In this document: in pieces, positions 31,366 through 40,141 of the stretch
How positions within the stretch are numbered: the first letter of the stretch is position 1
Layout of the letters: each line of letters starts with the position of its first letter
Source: Wickerhamiella versatilis
Taxonomy: Eukaryota
Length of the DNA stretch: 64,000 nucleotides
Reading direction: 5' to 3'
Assembly (NCBI GenBank): GCA_030867685.1
Contig: JAQOWU010000003.1
Span: 930,001 to 994,000, forward strand
Program-made: the position numbers and the translations under genes
Notes under the pieces: generated by a model
Seen by the model: the letters and a program-made list of their open reading frames with translations, nothing else
Told to the model about the DNA's origin: nothing
Databases searched by the model: none

Positions 31366-33294
31366 CTAGGGCTCGGCATATTCGATGTCAGCATTTTCCT
31401 GGCACCAATCTACCCATTTTTTTAGAAAACCGTTGCTGCCAATAACTTCACTATTGCCAACAATACACAACTGCCTTTTTGGCCGAGTGATGGCGACATT
31501 TATCCTTCTTTCTTCTGCAACGAAGCCAACATTGGCATCATCGTTTGACCTAACCAATGAAAGAATAATGACTTCCTTTTCACGTCCTTGAAATCCATCT
31601 ACTGTTGATACTTCGATTTCAGGAGCCACTAAGTGACGAATCAGAGAAACTTGTGCTGCATAGGGAGAGATTATTCCTATGTCCTTCGCAAGAACGCCAG
31701 ATTCGAGGAGCTTTTGCGTAAACTTAGAGACCAGCTGAGCCTCCCCATCATTCCAAATCGAGAAGCCGTCCTCTTCCCTGGTCTCAGGACAATTATCCAG
31801 AGTGTCAATCCAAACAACTTTCGATTCCGTTGTGGAATTATTTTGGACACCCGGCAAGTCTAATAATGACTGTGTCGACACAGATTCATCGGCCACTAAT
31901 TTCCCGCCATACATCGCTTCAGATGGGAAAGACATTATTTCCTCAGACATCCGATATTGTATAGAGATCAAATGCTGAATCCCAGTGCCGAAAGAGTCAA
32001 TCAGGACGTCAAATAATGTTTTTTGAAGTAAACCTTGAACCTTTGAATCCTTTGACGTTACCGTAGGTGGTAACTGCTTATTATCTCCAGCAATGATAAG
32101 ACGCTTGATACCAAGGTGGGCGACCAGCGGTATCCAGACCTGCGGAAGCAGTGATTGCGAAATTTCATCGATGACAAGTGTGTCAAACATGTCTGGATAA
32201 GTCTTTATAGCATTGCCAATCTCTTTTGAACCAGCCGTATGAAGGGTGCAGGCTACCACGCGTGAGCCGAGAAGAAGATTGGTTAGTAGTGACCCCTCGC
32301 GGCTTCTGTAGTCTCGTCTTAAATCTTTCAGCAGCGACCAGGCCTCCTTCCTTTCCCCAAATCTCCCACGTTGGGCTTTGCCCAGTGTTTGCATTATTTC
32401 ACCTTGCAGTTCTCTTAAGACCAATCCATCATTAGACTGTTTGGATATAATGTCGATTGACCTATTCAATACAGCATCACCAACTCTTGCGGGGTGGCCT
32501 AGCCTGACAACGTCAGTACGACGAGGATAGTGGTGACTGAGGCGCTCAACCAGATTGTCCACTGCAACATTTGAAGGGGCACACACAAGAACTCGCGATC
32601 CCTGGCTGACGAGCTGACGCACGGTTTCAACAACTGTTGCTGTCTTTCCCGTCCCTGGTGGTCCAAATATGATAGAAAGATCACTCCCCAGGGCATATTT
32701 CACAGCATCGATTTGCGGAGGGTTCAGTTGATGGTTAAGGGGTTCGAAGTGCTCTATTTGGCCTATGTGGGGTTCACCCTGCCCGAGGGCAAATCTTACC
32801 GCTGGGCAACTCTCAATCCCTTTTTCTTTTATCTTCGCACAAGCCCACAGCATACGCTTAAACACAGCCTCGTTCACTAGCTTGACCAGCCATAGTCTCC
32901 CTTCAGGAATTAAATTAATATCTTCTTCCGCAGCCACAAGGATAAAGTCCCGACCAATGCGAGTAACCACAGCGCTGAAGCCACTAGACTCCTTTTCCTT
33001 CTGTTTCTTTTCACGGGACGAAGGTTGCTTGTCCACACTTACAATATCCCCGATCTTGAAGCATACATTCCATTCTCCCCTTATCGAAGGATCACGTTCC
33101 AATTCAAGTATGGTTCGACCACCAAAACCAGTAGACGTCTCTCGAACCACCAGATTCAGCATTGCCAGGTCTCGCTTTGCAAGTGATTGCATCGAGAGTG
33201 TAGCCACCAGCCTTGCTGTCTCAGAAAGAGAAGCATTCTGCTCAGCGGTAACCGCCGCTGCTACATCATCTGACGAGATGCCTCGATTAGTCAT
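31366..33294 (-). CDS. HCS1: SF1 helicase Hcs1 (IGHMBP2-like)
   Basis: GPPGTGKT, APSNVAVDN, IDEISQ, AGDNKQLPP, QYRM, TVDGFQGREK, RRINVAITR. Alternative start 33306. Confidence 0.92.
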   Translation of the reverse strand: MTNRGISSDDVAAAVTAEQNASLSETARLVATLSMQSLAKRDLAMLNLVVRETSTGFGGRTILELERDPSIRGEWNVCFKIGDIVSVDKQPSSREKKQKEKESSGFSAVVTRIGRDFILVAAEEDINLIPEGRLWLVKLVNEAVFKRMLWACAKIKEKGIESCPAVRFALGQGEPHIGQIEHFEPLNHQLNPPQIDAVKYALGSDLSIIFGPPGTGKTATVVETVRQLVSQGSRVLVCAPSNVAVDNLVERLSHHYPRRTDVVRLGHPARVGDAVLNRSIDIISKQSNDGLVLRELQGEIMQTLGKAQRGRFGERKEAWSLLKDLRRDYRSREGSLLTNLLLGSRVVACTLHTAGSKEIGNAIKTYPDMFDTLVIDEISQSLLPQVWIPLVAHLGIKRLIIAGDNKQLPPTVTSKDSKVQGLLQKTLFDVLIDSFGTGIQHLISIQYRMSEEIMSFPSEAMYGGKLVADESVSTQSLLDLPGVQNNSTTESKVVWIDTLDNCPETREEDGFSIWNDGEAQLVSKFTQKLLESGVLAKDIGIISPYAAQVSLIRHLVAPEIEVSTVDGFQGREKEVIILSLVRSNDDANVGFVAEERRINVAITRPKRQLCIVGNSEVIGSNGFLKKWVDWCQENADIEYAEP

Positions 33295-33304
33295 TACGAG
33301 TGTC

Positions 33305-33676
33305 ATGAGTGATGGCAGTAATGAGCTGAAAGAACTGCTGGATCAGTTAAGGACAGCTCGAGCTGAACTTCCTGCTCTCTTATCCAAAATATCTGGTTAT
33401 ACTGAGAAAGATAGCAATGTCAATGCATTTTACGAAATTGTGCGCAGTTTGGGAAAATGGCGCTCTGAGGTTAGCAAGCTTGCCGAGCGCTATGAAAGCC
33501 AAAAAACCGCAATAGAAGGAGCATCAAGACAGGTTCAACCGAATATCAATGCCCAAATGCCAGCTGTACCTGGTGAGATAGATCTCACGGCTGACCCGGT
33601 ACCTCCATCCATGGCGGACTATGGTGGGGACTTTGATGTCGGTGCGGAGTTCCTTGATTTAACAGGCGAAAATTGA
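33305..33676 (+). CDS. 123-aa helical protein with acidic tail, possibly a Mediator tail subunit (Med3/Med27-like)
   Basis: Non-overlapping 3' part of track ORF 32765-33676: MSDGSNELKELLDQLRTARAELPALL...; family assignment weak. Confidence 0.5.
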   Translation: MSDGSNELKELLDQLRTARAELPALLSKISGYTEKDSNVNAFYEIVRSLGKWRSEVSKLAERYESQKTAIEGASRQVQPNINAQMPAVPGEIDLTADPVPPSMADYGGDFDVGAEFLDLTGEN

Positions 33677-34077
33677 AACTTGTACAGTCAAGAAGAATAT
33701 GTACGTCCTTCAGTCACGTTGCTTGCATATCATTTATCCCCGACCCTCTCCTGTTTTTTGGCGATACTAATGAAGGATAGCAGAAGATTGCGAGCTAGTC
33801 ATGTTTTTATTTTCCAGGGATAAAAAAGTATTGCATCCAAATAGATATACATGCACATCGATACATATCCCTACACATGATATCCATTTATCAAGAGATT
33901 TCAGCTAGTGACAGACCGATTTTTAAAGCCTTCTTCTACTGGAAGCTTTTGTCACAATTTCCATGCATCTAAGAGGAACAATATTTCCTTCAGTTTTATT
34001 AATAGTACATAAATTCAGTCATTACCGTCTAGTTAAAATATTGGATCATTGTGTGACTCATCTTACCATATCATATC

Positions 34078-36171
34078 ATGAGCGAACATCTCAGGGAGAC
34101 TTTCGCTGCTTGCAAGAAGCAGGGACGCCCAGCATTCGTGACGTTCCTGACTGCTGGATATCCCTCAGTTGAAGAGACAATACCGTTGATGCTTGCGCTC
34201 CAACGAGGTGGCGTGGATATCATCGAGCTTGGCATGCCTTTCAGCGACCCAATTGCTGATGGTCCAGTGATTCAAAAGGCAAACCAAGTATCTCTTGAGA
34301 ATGGTGTTACCATGAATACGGTATTAGATATAGTAAAAAAGGCCCGTGCAGCCGGTGTACGTGTTCCAATACTGCTGATGGGCTACTACAACCCTGTATA
34401 CGCATATGGGGAGACAGAGTTTGTGAGAGATGTTAAAAATGCCGGGGCCAACGGCTTCTTGCTTTGTGACCTGCCACCAGAGGAAGCTGTTCGATTCCGT
34501 GGAATATGCAGCGAGTATGGACTATCCTATGTGCCTCTGGTAGCTCCAGCAACCACAGACGAGAGATTGGAGGAGCTTGCACCAATCGCTGATAGTTTCA
34601 TATATGTTGTGAGCAGAATGGGAACAACCGGTTCCACGGGAAAACTCAGTGATCACATTGAGGACCTGCTGACTCGTGTGAGGTCGAAGGCCAAAAATAC
34701 ACCATTAGCTGTCGGGTTCGGAATATCAACACGTGAGCACTTTTTGACTGTGAGTAAAGTTGCTGATGCTATTGTAATTGGTTCGCATCTTATTTCACTT
34801 ATTGGAAACGCTTCTCCAGCAACAAGATTACAGGATGTTGAGAAGTATGTGTCTGAGGTGGTTGGCGGTAGAGCAGTTGATGAGAGCTCTATTCCTGTAC
34901 TTGCAAATGCCGACAGGGTTATTGAGGCGGGTGAAGTTCATTCGAATGCATCCAAGTTCCTTAGTATTGGCCGATTTGGGGAATTTGGCGGGCAGTATGT
35001 ACCTGAGGCACTTCATAAGTGTCTTCGCGAGGTAGAGGATGCTTTTGATTCCGCAAAGGATGACCCAAAATTCTGGGAAGAATTCCGTTCATATTATCCT
35101 TACATGGGAAGACCATCCTCTTTGCATTTAGCAGACCGTCTCACCGAAAAAATGGGAGGGGCACGTATTTGGCTCAAAAGAGAAGACCTGAATCACACAG
35201 GCTCTCATAAGATCAATAATGCTTTGGGCCAGGCCTTGCTTGCCAAGCGTATGGGTAAAACAAGAGTGATTGCAGAAACAGGTGCTGGTCAGCATGGTGT
35301 CGCCACTGCTACTGTTTGTGCAAAGTTTGGTCTTCAGTGCACAATTTTTATGGGAGCTGAGGACTGTCGTCGCCAGGCGCTTAATGTATTTCGCATACGC
35401 TTGCTCGGTGCCGAGGTTGTGCCGGTGCGTAGTGGAACACAGACGTTGCGGGATGCGTGTACCGAAGCTCTTCGTGTTTGGATAACACGACTCGAAGATA
35501 CTCACTACATCCTTGGCAGTGCCACTGGGCCGCACCCGTTTCCAACCATGGTTCGTACTTTCCAGTCCGTAATTGGACGTGAAACCCACGAGCAGTTTTC
35601 TAAGCTTAGTGGTGGCAAGGATCTGCCAGACCTAGTGTCGGCATGCGTTGGTGGAGGCTCTAATTGCAGTGGTATGTTTAGCGAATTTATTCCGCACAAG
35701 TCTGTCAAACTTTTGGGTGTCGAGGCTGGTGGCAGCGGCATTGAGAGTGGTCATCATGCGGCCACGTTATCTGCTGGTAAGCCAGGCGTTCTTCATGGTG
35801 CTAAGACATATGTATTGCAGACAGGTGATGGCCAAGTTGTCGACACCGAGTCAATTTCAGCAGGTCTTGACTACCCAGGAGTTGGCCCTGAGCTCGCTTC
35901 CTGGAAAGAGAGCAATCGTGTTGAATTCATTGCTTGTACAGACATTGACGCATTGAGGGGTTTCCGCCTTTTAAGTGAAGTGGAGGGTATCATACCAGCC
36001 ATTGAAAGTGCTCATGCTGTCATCAAAGCAGCGGAAGTCGCAGCCACTTTGCCAAAGGACAAAGATGTAATTATAAATATCAGTGGCCGTGGAGATAAAG
36101 ACGTTGAACATGTTGCAGAACTGTTACCCGTATATGGACCTAAGATGGGATGGGACTTGCGGTTCGAATAA
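34078..36171 (+). CDS. TRP5: Tryptophan synthase, fused alpha-beta
   Basis: [65 protein letters not shown]. Confidence 0.98.
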   Translation: MSEHLRETFAACKKQGRPAFVTFLTAGYPSVEETIPLMLALQRGGVDIIELGMPFSDPIADGPVIQKANQVSLENGVTMNTVLDIVKKARAAGVRVPILLMGYYNPVYAYGETEFVRDVKNAGANGFLLCDLPPEEAVRFRGICSEYGLSYVPLVAPATTDERLEELAPIADSFIYVVSRMGTTGSTGKLSDHIEDLLTRVRSKAKNTPLAVGFGISTREHFLTVSKVADAIVIGSHLISLIGNASPATRLQDVEKYVSEVVGGRAVDESSIPVLANADRVIEAGEVHSNASKFLSIGRFGEFGGQYVPEALHKCLREVEDAFDSAKDDPKFWEEFRSYYPYMGRPSSLHLADRLTEKMGGARIWLKREDLNHTGSHKINNALGQALLAKRMGKTRVIAETGAGQHGVATATVCAKFGLQCTIFMGAEDCRRQALNVFRIRLLGAEVVPVRSGTQTLRDACTEALRVWITRLEDTHYILGSATGPHPFPTMVRTFQSVIGRETHEQFSKLSGGKDLPDLVSACVGGGSNCSGMFSEFIPHKSVKLLGVEAGGSGIESGHHAATLSAGKPGVLHGAKTYVLQTGDGQVVDTESISAGLDYPGVGPELASWKESNRVEFIACTDIDALRGFRLLSEVEGIIPAIESAHAVIKAAEVAATLPKDKDVIINISGRGDKDVEHVAELLPVYGPKMGWDLRFE

Positions 36172-36383
36172 AAAGTGAATAGAGTGGTCAAATACTTAGT
36201 TTTTTGTTGTTAGGTGCTATATAGTCATGCGAAGTAATTCTTCAAACCCTATCATTGCCTGATAATAAACACGCTAACAATGCAAGGCCCGTTCGTGATT
36301 AACGGTCGGTCAACTTTACCCTTGCCCTAAAGTTGCTCAACTTATAAGAGTAGAAGCTATTGAGAGAGAAACGTATATTAGTT

Positions 36384-37442
36384 ATGTCTCGACAACTTTA
36401 CTTTATTGAGGACAAGAAGCTTGTTGCAAAGGAGGTGTCCATACCTGAATTAGGACCACACGACGTATACGTTAAGCCAAAAGCTTGGGGTTTCAACCCA
36501 ACAGATTGGAAGCATCAATATGGCGGCTTTGCAGAGGGAACTGGCCTCGGATGTGACGCTGCAGGTGAAATCATAAAGGTTGGGGATAGCGTATCAGATT
36601 TTAAGGTCGGTGATTCTGTTGCAGCCATGATGGCGGGAGGAAACAATGAAGCAAAGGAGGATGGGACTTTTTCCACACTCCTCAAGGTACCTGAGCAAGC
36701 CTTGTGGAAGTTTCCGAGCCTAAAAACCTCCAGTACCGATGAAATCGCTGCCGGTCCTGTCACGACGTTTGAGCAGGCGGCTAGTATTCCGGTCGGACTC
36801 GCCACAGCAGCCTTGGCCTTTGTTGTCTATAACGATGTGCCACTTAAGAAAGCTAGCCAGTCCGGCTGGTTCCTTGTTTATGGTGCAGGTGGCTCTCTTG
36901 GTTTCCATGTCACTCAGTTGGCAGCCTGGCTTGGCTATGATGTCATTGCCGTGGCGTCGAAGAAACATACACAATGCCTCACAGAGATCGGAGCAAAACA
37001 TGTTTTCGACTACCATGAAGAGGACTGGCCAGAGAAGGTACGTGGGGTAACCGGTGACGATCTAACTTCGGCCTACGATACCATTTCTGAACCTGAGACC
37101 GTTAAAACTGTCGCGAGAGCACTTTCTACCACGAAGAAAGCAAAGATAAACATGAGTCTTTGGCCCATTGTAGATATTCCTCAAAACATAAGGATGGATG
37201 CACCTTTAGCATACTTCCTTTTCCAAAGATATAAGATATTCGGCCCTACAGTGTTGCGTCCTCCTACGGGACTGCCCCAGCGGGGCCCCGAAGTGATTAA
37301 GCAAGCTCAAGCAGTGATCGATGATCCTGACTTTAAGACAATGAAGGTTGATGTTATAGACAATGGATTTGACAATATCCCTAAGGGAACCGATAAGGTC
37401 AAAGAAGGCGTTTCAGGAACAAAGGTTGTCATTCGAGCTTAA
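36384..37442 (+). CDS. MDR-family enoyl-reductase-like oxidoreductase (YNL134C/YLR460C type)
   Basis: NPTDWKH, GCDAAG, FEQAASIPVGLATA, LVYGAGGSLG, VSGTKVV. Confidence 0.85.
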   Translation: MSRQLYFIEDKKLVAKEVSIPELGPHDVYVKPKAWGFNPTDWKHQYGGFAEGTGLGCDAAGEIIKVGDSVSDFKVGDSVAAMMAGGNNEAKEDGTFSTLLKVPEQALWKFPSLKTSSTDEIAAGPVTTFEQAASIPVGLATAALAFVVYNDVPLKKASQSGWFLVYGAGGSLGFHVTQLAAWLGYDVIAVASKKHTQCLTEIGAKHVFDYHEEDWPEKVRGVTGDDLTSAYDTISEPETVKTVARALSTTKKAKINMSLWPIVDIPQNIRMDAPLAYFLFQRYKIFGPTVLRPPTGLPQRGPEVIKQAQAVIDDPDFKTMKVDVIDNGFDNIPKGTDKVKEGVSGTKVVIRA

Positions 37443-37646
37443 GTTTAACAACTTGTGAAAAAAGTTTCGATGAATTTTGATACATAGTTACGTAGGTGTT
37501 AAAAAAACATACGGTCGTCTTTACCGCGTGAACCAAATAAGTGTACTGCAACTTTGATCAATTTTACAAAACTTTCTTGAACTTTACTTATAAACGATAA
37601 GCCTTTCACAGCGACCTTTATGATTTAGGGGTTTGTCGGATGACAT

Positions 37647-39455
37647 ATGTGGCCGGGGACAGGGCATGCCCGGCTGGCTGGCTCAAGCCCGGGTGGTTTG
37701 GTGTGGTCTTCTGGGAAGCTCTCCCCAATAGTGGCACGAGAGCAAGAAGGTAGTCCACGCCTTTATCCCGCGGACACACGGCAAATTTACTCCCCGTTGC
37801 TAACAACCACAGGTCATCCTCCGACTCAGACATCTGAATGGTGGGAAGATGCACGAAGTCATTTCAACCTACCATTTGCTGAATTAGATGATTTTCTGTC
37901 GCTAGTGGAGGAAGCATGCAGTGTTGACAGTCCCGCAGCAATCGATCCATGCAGAGGCAAATGTGTGCTAATTAACAACGAAGATATAGTGTTTACCGAC
38001 CAGGATCTAGTTGCAGCACTAGGCCCGAGTCATGAACCTGAGAAGTATTGGATAGGTAGTCCAGTTCTTCAGCTGTTGCCTGACCATATTGTTCGTACTC
38101 GCAGAGGTGTGCGCCGATATCTAGAGACGGACGAGGATGTGTTTATCTATGAAGGTGAAAGCGTTGATGCACACAAATTGGGGAATAATATAATAATCTT
38201 AACGTTGGGGGGTCAGATCAGAATTCGTGCCATACAATCTGGCGACGATATTGCAGTGCTCAGTGTCGACCGAGGAAGCGTTAGTGGTTGGGGCCGAGTA
38301 CGTCTATTGAATTCAGGGATTCTCTGGTGTAATCGTATAAAACTTGCGTTCCTGGAAAAGGGAGATAATGAAGACTATAACTATATGTGGCGAAATATCA
38401 TAGAATTTCCCGACCATGAGGAGGAGATCAGGGGCCTCTGGACAGATGAAAGAGATGCGTTTGTCTTAACGACATCGGGACTTATTTGGATTGATATGTA
38501 TATGGAGGAAAAACGTCCCATTTTGACAGTGGAGCATGCAATTAATGAGGAGGATCGGACGCTCGACTTACAGGCTACCAGACTATGGAATTTATGGGTA
38601 ATTACAGTAAGTTCGGCTTTGCGGCCATTAACAATGGTTTTCACACTAGGAAGAACATGGGAGAGTCTACCATACTCAGCAAGGGATCCTTATTTTGTAC
38701 CTACTTGGCCCACCATTATGCCACAAAGTCATACGACAAAGGTTCGGAGCAATAATGAGCTAGAAGTTTACTTTGTTCCATTTGAGGGTGGTCTCTATAG
38801 GCAGATATGGACCCAAGATATATCTGGTAAGGATATGACCTGCCCGCAGCCTGATGTAGTTGTAAATGAACCACAGCAGACTGTGCGTGAAGACTGGGTT
38901 AAGAAGCAAGCAGATCCAGAGCTAGAACCTTGGAATTTGGCCAATTTGCATCACTATATTTACAACCTTGGCCTACCATCATTCTGTCATCAAATTGAAG
39001 AAGTCGAAGGGGCTGCAATACTACCTTATATGGGCTTTAAATCGAGAGATGATCTTTCGACAGAGTTAGCCCGTTTCTGGATGGATCCAGCCATGGACAA
39101 AAAAGACAGCATTATGCATCTTCGTAGACGTGCACTGGAGTGTATTGTTGAGGATTTAGATGCATTGAAACTAGATCTCAATCCATCTAAAGGAGAGCAT
39201 GAGCTATCTAGTGAAACCAAGGAGCTCTTAAATGATTGGGAAGATGTAAGCGGACCCATACATCAGGAGGAATACGTCGCATCTAGTCCAATCGACGATG
39301 TGAATTTCTTGACTCAATTGCCATCTTCGAGCCAGTTGTCACAAACAGAAGGGCAGATATCTTCATCCCAGCCATTGCCAGTAATTAGAGATGCTTCTAA
39401 TAGAAAGAAAAGGAAAAAACACAAGCGCTCTAGGCGGGGAGAAGGGTTTGTATAG
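37647..39455 (+). CDS. RRN6: Probable RNA polymerase I core factor subunit Rrn6
   Basis: MWP...G N-terminus, beta-propeller-like middle, SSQ-rich stretch and basic KKRKK...GF terminus. Confidence 0.6.
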   Translation: MWPGTGHARLAGSSPGGLVWSSGKLSPIVAREQEGSPRLYPADTRQIYSPLLTTTGHPPTQTSEWWEDARSHFNLPFAELDDFLSLVEEACSVDSPAAIDPCRGKCVLINNEDIVFTDQDLVAALGPSHEPEKYWIGSPVLQLLPDHIVRTRRGVRRYLETDEDVFIYEGESVDAHKLGNNIIILTLGGQIRIRAIQSGDDIAVLSVDRGSVSGWGRVRLLNSGILWCNRIKLAFLEKGDNEDYNYMWRNIIEFPDHEEEIRGLWTDERDAFVLTTSGLIWIDMYMEEKRPILTVEHAINEEDRTLDLQATRLWNLWVITVSSALRPLTMVFTLGRTWESLPYSARDPYFVPTWPTIMPQSHTTKVRSNNELEVYFVPFEGGLYRQIWTQDISGKDMTCPQPDVVVNEPQQTVREDWVKKQADPELEPWNLANLHHYIYNLGLPSFCHQIEEVEGAAILPYMGFKSRDDLSTELARFWMDPAMDKKDSIMHLRRRALECIVEDLDALKLDLNPSKGEHELSSETKELLNDWEDVSGPIHQEEYVASSPIDDVNFLTQLPSSSQLSQTEGQISSSQPLPVIRDASNRKKRKKHKRSRRGEGFV

Positions 39456-39463
39456 GCATATAT

Positions 39464-39598
39464 TCATCGTCCTAAAGCACTCGCTATTTCACGTGGAGGT
39501 ACTCCAGCATCCAATGCTTCTTTTATCAACCGAATATCCTCTTTGCTCAGTCCTGTTTGGAGAATTGCAGCGACTTCCTCAATAGGGTTGGCTGGCAT
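39464..39598 (-). CDS. MZT1: MOZART1/Mzt1 gamma-tubulin complex microprotein, 44 aa
   Basis: Below the ORF-track cutoff: MPANPIEEVAAILQTGLSKEDIRLIKEALDAGVPPREIASALGR, matching the L-x-TGL...GV-x-P-x-x-LA pattern. Confidence 0.75.
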   Translation of the reverse strand: MPANPIEEVAAILQTGLSKEDIRLIKEALDAGVPPREIASALGR

Positions 39599-39712
39599 AA
39601 CTAAGCAATGAATGGCTTATGATGTACAAATATAAGTTACAGTGTCTTAGCAGTAATGTTATATATAGACAATAATTTCGAATCAATATGAAATAGGAAA
39701 TAATAGCAATTT

Positions 39713-40020
39713 GGATGTAATTTCCGTGCTTTGCGGCTTGAGGCTATATCTCTGTTCGAAAAGTTTCCCCTGAGCTTATGCCCTTCTTAAAGTCTATTTC
39801 TGGCCAGATTCCCAACTCTAGTTGAAGGGACCACGATGAAATCACCTGCATCGCAAGGCTCCGGGGTAGCTGTTTCATTTCCCACTTCTCACTAGTACTC
39901 TCTGGAATAAACAGTGGAGATGCAAGACCTTTCTTGGACTGCAATTCGGCTTCACGAGAATAAATGATATTCTCGCATGTGAAAGTCATTTGAGAGAGAT
40001 GACCTCAGATCGACTTTTTT
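39713..40020 (+). ncRNA. Candidate ~300-nt structured non-coding RNA, family unassigned
   Basis: By-eye end-to-end helix plus internal hairpins; G-U pairs favour the + strand; ends in T6. Confidence 0.4.
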
Positions 40021-40141
40021 GTACTTTCTGCATTCTGCGTGGAGGACATGTAATATGTTATCATAGGCCACTCGTAATTCAACAAGCTTATATCTAAAAT
40101 AATCATCCCATTTTTTAATCTATCTTAATTTATAAAAATCA

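Noticed and set aside
32765-33304. 5' part of the 303-aa + strand ORF
   Set aside because: Antisense shadow of HCS1; only the part from ATG 33305 looks like a separate protein
36360-37442. Possible bacterial horizontal transfer of the oxidoreductase (also considered for the FGGY kinase and ALDH)
   Set aside because: Motifs fit fungal families; no operon-like arrangement or obvious compositional shift; phylogeny would be needed
39744-40049. 81-aa minus-strand ORF with an in-frame upstream ATG...TGA (readthrough or antizyme-like frameshift)
   Set aside because: No recognisable protein; the +1 frame closes at once; the region is better explained by + strand RNA structure
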